Shown: positions 19,135 through 27,310, counted from the first letter of the stretch. The stretch: DNA of 30,391 nt from a virus (IMGVR_UViG_3300045999_005524:1-30391), one strand, 5' to 3'. The notes: a model not told the origin generated them from the letters alone. A program made the numbers and translations.

Positions 19135-19358
19135 TCGAGTGCCTCAACAGTTGCGTTTGGCCAGCGGTTTTTGCAGTAGCTGATTGCCTTGGCCTTGGTC
19201 GGCGCCGGCATCACCACGCGCATCGCCGGCATGTCTGGTTGTTTGACCCGCAAGCGGAAGTCGCGGGTGCGCTCGTCGGCCTTGGGCCGGCTGACGCCAG
19301 GGCCGAGGTTGGGCTCCACCCACCCGGGCGGGATGTAGTTCGGGGCGAGTCCCATCAC
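19131..19358 (-). CDS. Hypothetical protein, 75 aa
   Basis: Overlap-coupled at both ends; C-terminal KAISYCKNRWP. Confidence 0.65.
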   Translation of the reverse strand: MMGLAPNYIPPGWVEPNLGPGVSRPKADERTRDFRLRVKQPDMPAMRVVMPAPTKAKAISYCKNRWPNATVEALE

Positions 19359-19528
19359 TCGTTCTCCATCTCAAGCATGTGCTCGCAGCAGCGGATGTAT
19401 CCCTCCCACCACATCTGCGCGTAGGAGCGTTCGACGCACTCCGCGTGATGCTTTCGAGCTCGGCTCAAAAGCCGAGTAACGGCGGCTCTTGAGACGTCGA
19501 TTGGGGTTTCTCCTTTTCGGATTGCCAT
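19355..19528 (-). CDS. Hypothetical protein, 57 aa
   Basis: Read manually: MAIRKGETPIDVSR...WWEGYIRCCEHMLEMENE. Its stop overlaps the next start. Confidence 0.6.
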   Translation of the reverse strand: MAIRKGETPIDVSRAAVTRLLSRARKHHAECVERSYAQMWWEGYIRCCEHMLEMENE

Positions 19529-19689
19529 GGCTGGATGTTGCGAGAGTCGTGGACGTTGATGTGACCGAACTTCCCGAGGAAGACCATCAAGCTGTTCTTG
19601 CGCCGAGAGACCACGGCCCCGCGTTTCCAGTTGCCCTGGTGGTAGGCCTTGATCTCGTCGCCGGGTTGGTAGTCATTGGTCCAGCTCAT
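19465..19689 (-). CDS. Hypothetical protein, 74 aa (SH3-like beta pattern possible)
   Basis: ATGA-coupled. YQPGDEIKAYHQGNWKRGAVV. Confidence 0.6.
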   Translation of the reverse strand: MSWTNDYQPGDEIKAYHQGNWKRGAVVSRRKNSLMVFLGKFGHINVHDSRNIQPWQSEKEKPQSTSQEPPLLGF

Positions 19690-19886
19690 CCGTGTGTTTT
19701 GCGAAAGGCCTCCATGTCCCTGAAATCCATCTCCTGAAACTGCGGGTGCTGCGCCAGGAACTCAGGGCTGGGCAGGATCACGTCCCGCCCCTTCTTGTTG
19801 AACTGAAGCGTTGACCACTTGCCGGTCAATAGGCCCCGCTCGAGGATCGACTGCAGCTCGTGCCTGCTGAACAGTGGTTCCATCAC
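19686..19886 (-). CDS. Hypothetical protein, 66 aa
   Basis: Overlap-coupled at both ends. Confidence 0.6.
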   Translation of the reverse strand: MMEPLFSRHELQSILERGLLTGKWSTLQFNKKGRDVILPSPEFLAQHPQFQEMDFRDMEAFRKTHG

Positions 19887-20410
19887 TGCTCACGGGTCGC
19901 TTCCTCTTGCGCCCATCGCAGGTAGTCCTGCCACTTCTTCTCAGTGAGGGGGCAGTCTTCTGCGATCGGCGGCAGCAGGGGCTGATCTGCCGTGGTGAAA
20001 GGCAGGTACGCCTCGCTGTTGTGCGGATCCGGCGCGGAGATCAGCGATCGCTTCGCGGTCGGCAGCATCGCCAGCTGGCTGGCGGTTGGCCTGCAGAACG
20101 GTGGCAGCTCCTCGCGGAAGCCCCAGCTCCTGTTCGCCATGCCGTTCTCTGTTCGATACAGCGGTGCCATCAGTTCTTTCCAGGTGGGGTAGCGCTTGAA
20201 GGTGTTGGGCTCCAGCTCCTGGATCCATTGCTCAGCGGCCCACATGAACTGGGTCTCGCTGATCTCTGGGAACTCAGAGGTGAAGCTGTGGAACTTGAGC
20301 CGGCAGATGTGCGGGCTCCATCGATCGGCCTCTTTGATCCGCAGCTGGGCCGCGATCATTTCGGCGACCGCCAGGAATGTCTCTGGCGTCAGGCTGTTTG
20401 ACTTGGCCAT
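19883..20410 (-). CDS. Putative helicase loader-like protein
   Basis: 175 aa. F..AAEQWI.....RYPTWKEL resembles, by eye, the G39P/P-like loader pattern. Follows an initiator-like gene. Function is inferred. Confidence 0.45.
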   Translation of the reverse strand: MAKSNSLTPETFLAVAEMIAAQLRIKEADRWSPHICRLKFHSFTSEFPEISETQFMWAAEQWIQELEPNTFKRYPTWKELMAPLYRTENGMANRSWGFREELPPFCRPTASQLAMLPTAKRSLISAPDPHNSEAYLPFTTADQPLLPPIAEDCPLTEKKWQDYLRWAQEEATREQ

Positions 20411-20976
20411 TGCTCAAGGGCGGCGAGCATCGCCGGGTCTTTAGGCATCGGGCGGCCCTGGGCCGTGGGGGCCGTGAGCTCGTCCTTCATGTATTCGGGC
20501 TTGAGGGCTTGCCAGCCGTGCTCAACTCCGGCTCTGGCCAGCAGCACCTGCTGCCATGCAGGGAGCTTGGCAACACGGGCCACGCTCGAAAGCCATGCCG
20601 CCTCGGTCCACGCAGCCTTGGAGCCGTGCTTGCTCTTGCGGCTCACGTTCCACCACTCGTAGAGCAGGGGCCGGGCCTCATCGCACACGGTCAGAAAGTC
20701 GCTCTTGTCGGCGTCGACCAGGTAGCGCTGGGCCTTGGCCGCAGCAGGCGGGCGCTCTTGTTGCAGCTGGATCACCGCGGCCAGCGGCGCCGGCTGATTA
20801 GGCACAACCGCCACATAGGACTGGATGCCGGGATCCCACTCTTCGATGCGCTCGAGGGTGGCGAACTTGTGACGGCATCGCTTGCCGTTGCAGATGCGAT
20901 GACGGCGCAAGCCCTCCCGGACCCTGATCGTGTCAAGGATCCTGTTGCTGGTGCCTCCGCATTTGGGGCAGTTCAT
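20389..20976 (-). CDS. NrdR-type Zn-ribbon fused to a replication-initiator-like C-terminal domain
   Basis: Start ATG 20976 (ATGA overlap). MNCPKCG...ILDT...RRHRIC...CRHKFATLE is an NrdR-like ribbon. C-terminal EWW..SRKSK...WTEAA...GVEHGWQAL. Confidence 0.6.
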   Translation of the reverse strand: MNCPKCGGTSNRILDTIRVREGLRRHRICNGKRCRHKFATLERIEEWDPGIQSYVAVVPNQPAPLAAVIQLQQERPPAAAKAQRYLVDADKSDFLTVCDEARPLLYEWWNVSRKSKHGSKAAWTEAAWLSSVARVAKLPAWQQVLLARAGVEHGWQALKPEYMKDELTAPTAQGRPMPKDPAMLAALEQWPSQTA

Positions 20977-21173
20977 GCGCGGTCCCCCGCCGGCGCCCAC
21001 GCTCCACACCAGCTGGTCCGATAAACCGTTGGCCAGCGAGGGTGATAGCGAGTGCTGTATTCAGGCGGGCTCTGGCGGCACTGCAGCAGAGGCTGTTTCT
21101 CGTATTCGAAGTGCCGCGCGAATCTGCAGTTGTCGCAGCACTGCTCCGCCATCGGCGGGAAGCGATTTGTCAT
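20973..21173 (-). CDS. Small Cys-rich phage protein, 66 aa
   Basis: ATG 21173 (ATGA overlap). CDNC...CRQSPP...WPTV...WCG metal-binding pattern. Confidence 0.65.
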   Translation of the reverse strand: MTNRFPPMAEQCCDNCRFARHFEYEKQPLLQCRQSPPEYSTRYHPRWPTVYRTSWCGAWAPAGDRA

Positions 21174-21529
21174 TCCCAGATCACCTTGAGATAGATCGAT
21201 TGCTTGTCTTTGGGTGCCCGGGTGAAGCGCAGCGCCATGGCAGGCAGCACGCTCACCCGGTCGTCGGCCCACACCAGGCCGTTGCCGCTGTCGAGCACAG
21301 CGCCCGCCAGGTTGTCGAGGTCGCCTCGGGCCGGCCCACGGAACGTGAGCACCAGGCAGTTCACTTGCTGCAGCGGTGGCTCACACCACCACTCGGCCAG
21401 CAATGCCCGCACCGTCGCCTTCCACTTCATGTAGGCAGGCGGCATGTAGGGCCGGCCGCCGCCCCTGGGGGAGCGGGGCCTGGCTTTCGACATCAGCGGG
21501 ACGTTGAGCTCAAAGTCGGCGCACTGCAT
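21170..21529 (-). CDS. rusA: RusA-like Holliday junction resolvase
   Basis: Start ATG 21529 (TGATG overlap with the SSB stop). KARPR, GDLDNLAGAVLD and WADD catalytic pattern. Confidence 0.85.
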   Translation of the reverse strand: MQCADFELNVPLMSKARPRSPRGGGRPYMPPAYMKWKATVRALLAEWWCEPPLQQVNCLVLTFRGPARGDLDNLAGAVLDSGNGLVWADDRVSVLPAMALRFTRAPKDKQSIYLKVIWE

Positions 21530-22164
21530 CAGAAGGGGATCTCTTCTGTGTCGTCCCAGCTCGGGCCGGCCTCCTCTCTGGCGGGGCTTTCGGCCGGGCT
21601 GCGCTTCTCGTTGCCGGTGAGCGCATAGCCCTTCTCGGGTTCGCCAAACACCGCGCTCATGTCCGGCGCTGAGTATTCGACCAGGTGCAGCACGCGCACC
21701 GCCTCGAGGTTGAGGCTTACGCCCTTGCCGCCCTCGGGGTTGGTCCAGGTCCAGGGACTGAACGCCACCTTCCCGGTGCTGCCGTTGCCGATCAGTACGT
21801 CGTGGGGCCAAGGCGTCCCCTTGGCGTCCTGCACCGCTGGCGGGGGCAGCTCCATGCCGCGCTTAGTCAGAACGTTCCGCTTGAAGCTGAACTGCCAAAG
21901 CGCGGTCTCCTCGCCGCCCTGATCCAGGAACGTCTTGTACGGCAGGCCGTTGGGGCCGGGCCGGCTGTTGCTGCCGTGCGCCTCGATAAAGGCCTCCTTC
22001 AGAGATTTCACAAAGGCCTGGGCCTCGGCGTCGTCCTTGCTGAGCAAGAGGTCGATCGACCACTGCTCCTTTTCGTTGTCCTTGCCTTTGTTCGCAACGC
22101 CAGGGCGCAACACCTTGGCCCACATCAACTCCCCTTGCGGCGAAACCTTGATCTCCTTGGGCAT
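21529..22164 (-). CDS. Single-stranded DNA-binding protein (T7 gp2.5-like)
   Basis: Start reassigned to ATG 22164 (MPKEIKVSPQG). IGNGSTGKV, GVSLNLEAVRV, and acidic tail ending DDTEEIPF. Confidence 0.9.
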   Translation of the reverse strand: MPKEIKVSPQGELMWAKVLRPGVANKGKDNEKEQWSIDLLLSKDDAEAQAFVKSLKEAFIEAHGSNSRPGPNGLPYKTFLDQGGEETALWQFSFKRNVLTKRGMELPPPAVQDAKGTPWPHDVLIGNGSTGKVAFSPWTWTNPEGGKGVSLNLEAVRVLHLVEYSAPDMSAVFGEPEKGYALTGNEKRSPAESPAREEAGPSWDDTEEIPF

Positions 22165-22169
22165 TTGCT

Positions 22170-22183
22170 CTACGGGTCTGTAG
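22170..22183. promoter_or_regulatory. 14-bp pseudo-palindrome upstream of SSB
   Basis: CTACG-GGTC-TGTAG, 11 nt downstream of the -10 box and 5 nt from the ATG. Confidence 0.75.
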
Positions 22184-22194
22184 TAGACGTGCGG

Positions 22195-22223
22195 AACGTA
22201 GTCGCCTACCAACAGGTCGTCAA
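22195..22223 (-). promoter_or_regulatory. Sigma70-type promoter for the SSB/replication operon
   Basis: - strand TTGACG-N17-TACGTT (-35 at 22223-22218, -10 at 22200-22195). Confidence 0.75.
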
Positions 22224-22248
22224 CCCGTACGTGTCTCCTACGAGACCC

Positions 22249-24663
22249 CTACGAGAAGCAGTAGGGGTTAGATCCAACCTGCCCAGGGCAGAGATCTCCG
22301 GTGTAAGGGGCGCGACGCATCTTGCGAACCTTTGCTGTGGAAGCGATCTCGGCTGCCATCAATTCCAGCCAGTCCACCTTGAACATCTCCCGCAGCTGGC
22401 GGTGCAATTCCCCGTGCAACCACTCCGCCCGTTCTGGAACGACAGCAAAGCAGTCGTGATTCGTAAGAATCTGCGCGCCGTGCGCATCGGCCGTGGAGAT
22501 GATCGAGTGGCACACCGCTGCATCGAAGGAGTGGATGGCGTTGGCCGTGATCCCCCTGTTGGTGGCTCGCGCGCTGAGCTCCCCGGCCGGGCGCTGCTCG
22601 CGCCTGCTGCGCTGCCTGGGGAGGGAGGCCAGCGCTGCCCCGCTGGCGATGGTCCCCGGCAGCTCTTCGCCCAGGTGCATCGGCCAGCCGGTGGGGCCAG
22701 TCCATTCGATCGGCTTCTTCTTGCTAACCACGCGCCGTGACAGCTCCCGCAGCCAGTCCTGTAGCGCCAGGCAGGGTGCGACTTCCTCCTGCAGCGCCTG
22801 GCGCATGACCTTGGCCATGTGACGGACTGGCGCCAGCACGTCGCCCTGCAGTCGCCACAGATCGGCCTGGCCGTTGCGCTGCTCCACTGCAGCGATCAGA
22901 CCGTCCATCAGGGTCTGATGCGTGGCCCCATAAATAGATGTCATCACCGGCCCCTTCGTCAGGGAGCGGTCGATGCCGAAGTCCAGCCAGAAGATCGCGT
23001 TCTTGGCGATGGTGCCGCCAGCTAGCTCCACCTCCTCGCGCAGCAGGCGCACCACCCGATCAGCCACCGCCTGGTAGATGTCTCCCCGGGTGCTGCCGAT
23101 CAGGTTGGTGTGGCGGGCCAGCCTCTTGTCCCGCAGCAGCGCCGCAGCGATGCCGACCCCAGAGCAGGTCTGATCCAGCCGCACCGGGCAGCCGATCGGG
23201 GTGGTCGGGTCGGCCAGCCACTGGCGCACAGCCCGGGCCACCTGCAGCAGCTGCCACGGATCATCAGCGCCGCGCCATAGCTCGAGCCGCTCGAGGGGCT
23301 CCTCGGCAATGGCGGTCAGCCGCTCGAGGTTTTGCTTGCCCCAGTCCAGCCGGTCAGCCCACTTCGCTTTGCCCAGGCCGTAGTGCCCGGCCGCGGCCAT
23401 CAGCAACCACTCGAACCCCCGCTCGCCGCATGGCTCGCCCTGCTCGAAGCTGATCAGCGCCTTCTCGTGATCAGGGCCCTGGTGCGTGGCGTAGCGGTTG
23501 CTGCTGTAGATCCGCCCCCTGAAATCCAGCTCGTAGGCAAACCAGCTGGGTCGGCCGGCGATTGATTCGCACTGGCGCAGGGCCTCCTCGATCCGAATCC
23601 GGGCCGCCCGGTTGGCGTTCTCATCAGCCCAGGCCTCGACCCGGCGCCGCCGGTATTCGATCCAGGCCTCTTTGCCGGCATCCATCTCCGGCTCGGGCGG
23701 CACCACCAGCGGGTCGCGCTGCACCGGGAACAGCCCGCGGATGTTGCTATCCCATGCAGCGCGCTGCTGCTCCACCATCCACGGGTCGATCACCATCGCC
23801 TGCTGCTGCAGGGCATTGATCACCCGCAGTTGCAGCGACAGGTCGGCCTTCTCGTAGGGGGCCAGATCCAGCGGCCGCCGTGCCACCACCAGGGCAGAGC
23901 TGTTGTCTAGGTGGCCGCCGCCATGCAGCCCCTGCCATGGCCTCGGCTCCACCAGCATTGGCAGCCGGCGCACCGGGATAGGCCGCGGCGGGTTGGCCTT
24001 GATCAACGCCAGCACTTCTGGCGCAGGCTCCACCACCTGCCGGGTGCGGGCCTGCTGCACCACGCGCACCAGGCCGGTGTGCTCCACCACCAGATCCAAC
24101 AGCAGGCCGCCGACGTGGAAGCGGTCCTGCGTGGCCCAGGCCTCCTGCCCCAGGTGCAGCAGTTCCATGGTCCACTTGCCCACCACTTCTTTGCGCCGGC
24201 CGCCGCTGCGCTTCTTCAGCACGCGCAGCAGGTCGCGGTCCTTGGCCTGGATCTTCATCGCCCGCACTTCGTCCTCGATCTCGCGGCCAATGGCCAGGGC
24301 CAGCTCCCGATACGGGCGGCGCTGGCTGATGCGATCGATCACCGCGCCCAGGGCGATCGATGCAATGGGCCTGGGGCCCTTGTCCTTGAACACCAGCAGG
24401 GCGGGCAGTGCGCAGTAGTGCGGGCCGGCCGCGCATTGTTTCCGCAGGAGCCGACCGAACAGCGCATCAAGGGCGTCACCTACCCGTTCCGCGTTCTGCT
24501 GGAACAGTTCTCGGCCGTATTCGGTGGCGCGCTCCCGGCCCGCAACCTGAAGATTCCGGCGCATGGCTTGCGCCTTGTTTTCAGACTCCCTGCGCTGAGC
24601 GGTTTCTCGCGCCAGTTCATCCGAAATGGAACTGGTGGATGAAATGCGGGATGCAGGAACCAC
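22249..24663 (-). CDS. T7-like single-subunit DNA-dependent RNA polymerase
   Basis: LDFRGRIY, RLDQTCSG (motif A), RSLTKGPVMTSIYG (motif B), NAIHSFDA, NHDCF (motif C) and C-terminal YCFS. GTG start is uncertain. Confidence 0.96.
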   Translation of the reverse strand: MVPASRISSTSSISDELARETAQRRESENKAQAMRRNLQVAGRERATEYGRELFQQNAERVGDALDALFGRLLRKQCAAGPHYCALPALLVFKDKGPRPIASIALGAVIDRISQRRPYRELALAIGREIEDEVRAMKIQAKDRDLLRVLKKRSGGRRKEVVGKWTMELLHLGQEAWATQDRFHVGGLLLDLVVEHTGLVRVVQQARTRQVVEPAPEVLALIKANPPRPIPVRRLPMLVEPRPWQGLHGGGHLDNSSALVVARRPLDLAPYEKADLSLQLRVINALQQQAMVIDPWMVEQQRAAWDSNIRGLFPVQRDPLVVPPEPEMDAGKEAWIEYRRRRVEAWADENANRAARIRIEEALRQCESIAGRPSWFAYELDFRGRIYSSNRYATHQGPDHEKALISFEQGEPCGERGFEWLLMAAAGHYGLGKAKWADRLDWGKQNLERLTAIAEEPLERLELWRGADDPWQLLQVARAVRQWLADPTTPIGCPVRLDQTCSGVGIAAALLRDKRLARHTNLIGSTRGDIYQAVADRVVRLLREEVELAGGTIAKNAIFWLDFGIDRSLTKGPVMTSIYGATHQTLMDGLIAAVEQRNGQADLWRLQGDVLAPVRHMAKVMRQALQEEVAPCLALQDWLRELSRRVVSKKKPIEWTGPTGWPMHLGEELPGTIASGAALASLPRQRSRREQRPAGELSARATNRGITANAIHSFDAAVCHSIISTADAHGAQILTNHDCFAVVPERAEWLHGELHRQLREMFKVDWLELMAAEIASTAKVRKMRRAPYTGDLCPGQVGSNPYCFS

Positions 24664-24694
24664 CGCAAATTGGGCATTTTCTGCAATTTATCCA

Positions 24695-24763
24695 CCACAC
24701 CCCTGTAGAGCTCGGATTTACTGGCGGTCTTCCAGTGTTGGTGGATGTTCTGCGGGGGTGTAG
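24695..24763. promoter_or_regulatory. Pair of 14-bp pseudo-palindromes between attP and RNAP
   Basis: CCACA-CCCC-TGTAG (24695-24708) and CTGCG-GGGG-TGTAG (24750-24763). Confidence 0.7.
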
Positions 24764-24773
24764 AGGTAAAAAA

Positions 24774-24816
24774 CGGATTTTAAGTCCGCTGCGTTTACCA
24801 ATTTCGCCATGCTCCC
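24774..24816 (-). mobile_element. attP core: 5' half (43 bp) of tRNA-Leu(UAA)
   Basis: - strand GGGAGCATGGCGAAATTGGTAAACGCAGCGGACTTAAAATCCG covers the acceptor 5' strand, D arm and anticodon arm (TAA at 24782-24780). No variable arm, T arm or 3' end follows. Downstream of the integrase, as in P-SSP7-type phages. Confidence 0.88.
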
Positions 24817-24937
24817 GGCTTGCGCCGCAAGGGTTTTCAGGGATTGGGCAGGATGCGGGAAAATGCAGTTTCGTGCAATTCTCCGCATCCAGAACGCAAC
24901 CGCTTTGGACCCAGCGGACGTTGCCCACAGTAGGCGC

Positions 24938-25129
24938 TCAGGCCTTTTGGGTGTCCTGGTACAGATAGCGGCCGCCATTGGCGGGGTCCCTGGCGTAGGT
25001 GCAGAAGCTCAGGCCATCAGGTCCTTGGACTGGCACCTGGAGCAACGGATAGTCACCGTGCTTCCAACGCATGACCCTGCCGTCGGCCGGGCCGCCGATC
25101 AGCTCGATTAAGCGCTCGGAGTCGGTCAC
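24938..25129 (-). CDS. Hypothetical protein, 63 aa
   Basis: Starts 3 nt after the integrase stop; LIGGPADG motif. Confidence 0.65.
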   Translation of the reverse strand: MTDSERLIELIGGPADGRVMRWKHGDYPLLQVPVQGPDGLSFCTYARDPANGGRYLYQDTQKA

Positions 25130-25132
25130 GCC

Positions 25133-26125
25133 TCAGCCCTCGATCGCTGCAGTGCAGGCCGTCAGGTGGTGGGTCTGCAGGTGCATGTAACGCTGCACCG
25201 CCGCCAGGGTTTTCCAGCCGCCATAGGCCTGGATCTGCTGGAGGGGCACGCCGGCCTGGGCCATGCGGGTAGCGCCGGTGTGCCGCGCGCAGTGCATGGT
25301 CAGCTTCCGGTCATCTGCAAGCCCCATGTAGGCCTTGGCCCGGTCAAACAGCTCGCGTGCTCGGTCGTATTTCAAGCCGAACACGCGCTGACGCGGCACG
25401 GGCGGGACGTGAGGCTCAATGATGCTGCGCGCCTTAGGGCCCAGGGCGATGGTGCGCGGGCTGCCGTTCTTCGTCTTCCAGAAAGTGATCAGCCCGCGCT
25501 CGAGGTCGACGTCCTCGCCGCGCAGTCGCTCAATCTCTCCCCAGCGGGTGCAGGTCAGGGTCATGAGCACCAAGACGTCGGCCATCTCGGTTTCGCCCCA
25601 CTCTTGGAAGATGCGGCAGAAGGTGGCCAGCTCCTCCTTTGTGATGATCCGGTCTTTGGTGTTGGCGATCTTGAGCTGCTGAGGCAGATCCTGTTTTTGG
25701 CCGATGTAGCCATGCAGAAGGGCGTCGTTGATCATTCCCTTCAAGCAGCTGACCTTATGGTTCACGGTCGCCGGGCTGTTGCCGCCCTCGAGCAGGTACT
25801 GGCGCCAGCGCTCGACGTCCGGCGCCTTGATCGAATCGAGCTGGGTGGTGGGCCCGAAGAACTCAACAGCGTGCTGGCTGTAGATACCTGCGGTGCGCTC
25901 CCAGGCAAGGCCTTTCCATCGGATGCGCAGCGACAGGGCCCGGGCCTCCTTGAGGGTGATGCCGGTGCCGCTGCTGCGGTTGGTATTGGAGCGCGTTGCG
26001 ATCTGCTCGAGCAGCTCCTTCTGTTTGGCCAGTGCCTCGGCCTTGGTCTTTGCCTTACGGGTGCGGCGGACGCCGTCGACGGTGACGTCGGCGATCCATC
26101 CGTCCGCGATCTTGCGGACTGACAT
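25133..26125 (-). CDS. int: Tyrosine integrase
   Basis: Catalytic set R (TRWGEI), K (KTKNG), HxxR (HCARHT), W (GGWK) and Y (VQRY). Confidence 0.95.
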   Translation of the reverse strand: MSVRKIADGWIADVTVDGVRRTRKAKTKAEALAKQKELLEQIATRSNTNRSSGTGITLKEARALSLRIRWKGLAWERTAGIYSQHAVEFFGPTTQLDSIKAPDVERWRQYLLEGGNSPATVNHKVSCLKGMINDALLHGYIGQKQDLPQQLKIANTKDRIITKEELATFCRIFQEWGETEMADVLVLMTLTCTRWGEIERLRGEDVDLERGLITFWKTKNGSPRTIALGPKARSIIEPHVPPVPRQRVFGLKYDRARELFDRAKAYMGLADDRKLTMHCARHTGATRMAQAGVPLQQIQAYGGWKTLAAVQRYMHLQTHHLTACTAAIEG

Positions 26126-26149
26126 CGTTTTCGGTGTGGTGGTGGTTGG

Positions 26150-26467
26150 TCACAGGGCCCGCAGCTGGTTGATCAGGTGCTTGCCCTTGGTGGAGAGGCG
26201 CACAAGGAAGCGCCGGTTGTCGGCGGGGTCTCGGTAGGCCTCCACCAGGCCCAGGCCTGGCTGGCCGTTGTCCTTGCCATCGCTCAGGGCCTGGATGCCA
26301 CGGCTGACTGAGGCGTTGCTGGTGATCAGCCGCGCCTCGAGTTCCTTGTACTCAACGGGAGCACAATCGGCGATCTCCAGAAACATGCGGATGCGATGCG
26401 CCGGCAGTTGAGCTGGGTCCAGAGTTTTGAAAACATCCAGAGCCCTTGCCAGTTGATCCAGATCCAC
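26150..26467 (-). CDS. MarR-like winged-helix regulator
   Basis: SNASVSRGIQAL helix and DPADNRRFLVRLSTKG wing. Directly upstream of the integrase. Confidence 0.88.
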   Translation of the reverse strand: MDLDQLARALDVFKTLDPAQLPAHRIRMFLEIADCAPVEYKELEARLITSNASVSRGIQALSDGKDNGQPGLGLVEAYRDPADNRRFLVRLSTKGKHLINQLRAL

Positions 26468-26621
26468 GGCTCTTCGGGGTCTCGTAGGTGTGTCCTAGGA
26501 CTCTCGCACGCCTGGAGAGAAACCCGCGCCCTGCCTGCGATCTGCTCCCCGTACACCGCAAGGTGCTGCCACGCCTGGCGTCTGGGGATTTCGGCGCTGA
26601 AAAGTAAAACAAGGCGCATAG

Positions 26622-27002
26622 TCAAAGCTCTCCAGACCCGTTGAGTGGTGCGAATGTACTATCCAACAGGTCCTGGGCTTCTTCCGTCAGTTCCAACCGA
26701 TACCCCCGACGGTGCGGGTGGTTGGTTACTTTCACCAGCCCCAACTTGGATTCAATCCAGCGCCCGTCTTCCTTTCGACCGCGGCCACGCAGCAGGCACA
26801 GGGTCCGATTCACACGCGCGTGATCGATCCCCATGTGCTTTTGCAGGTCAGTGACGTGGTCGATGCCGCTGTAGATCCAGAGCAGGGCTTCAGCGGCTAC
26901 CAGGGGCATCCCGCCATCGAACGTCGATCGCTTGGATGCCTTGCGCAGACCGCCCAGCAGGCCAGCGATGCTGTAGATGGCCACAAGGTTCTGGGGTCTC
27001 AT
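26622..27002 (-). CDS. Second, divergent MarR-like winged-helix protein
   Basis: Start reassigned to ATG 27002 (ATGA overlap). VTDLQKHMGIDHARVNRTL HTH and LGLV...HPHRRGYRLELTEEA wing. Confidence 0.65.
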   Translation of the reverse strand: MRPQNLVAIYSIAGLLGGLRKASKRSTFDGGMPLVAAEALLWIYSGIDHVTDLQKHMGIDHARVNRTLCLLRGRGRKEDGRWIESKLGLVKVTNHPHRRGYRLELTEEAQDLLDSTFAPLNGSGEL

Positions 27003-27310
27003 CGGCGGGGCCCCCGGCGAGCAGCAGGGCGGCACAGGCCAGCCAACACACGCGCGCGGTTGGCCGGTGTGTCGGCGAGCTTGTGCGCGATCAGGTGGTA
27101 CTGGATCAGAGCCTCGGCCTTGCGTTCTTCCTTCTGGCGCTCGCGGCGCTCGGCTTCTTTCTTGCTGGGGTGGCGCATGATTTCCCACAGCAAATAGGCG
27201 GGAATCAGCACCATCCCAAAAATGGGAAGGATGGCCAGTAAATACAACGCACCAACCGGGGCCAGCACGATGCCGGCCGCGGTGAGTGCGCGCTTAATCC
27301 ACTTCGTCAT
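26999..27310 (-). CDS. Hypothetical membrane protein, 103 aa
   Basis: Long hydrophobic N-terminal segment followed by a charged helix. ATGA-coupled. Confidence 0.65.
   Translation of the reverse strand: MTKWIKRALTAAGIVLAPVGALYLLAILPIFGMVLIPAYLLWEIMRHPSKKEAERRERQKEERKAEALIQYHLIAHKLADTPANRARVLAGLCRPAARRGPRR

Noticed and set aside
2087-24642. Long + strand ORFs (e.g. 2087..3484, 9444..10517, 12602..13573, 21685..22740)
   Set aside because: Antisense shadows of high-GC - strand genes, with no recognisable motifs.
24740-24816. Complete phage tRNA-Leu gene
   Set aside because: Similarity stops after the anticodon stem; there is no variable arm, T arm or acceptor 3' strand.
26326-26625. 99-aa ORF between the two MarR-like genes
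   Set aside because: It has an ATGA-coupled start but overlaps the MarR gene by 142 nt and has no motif; left uncalled.
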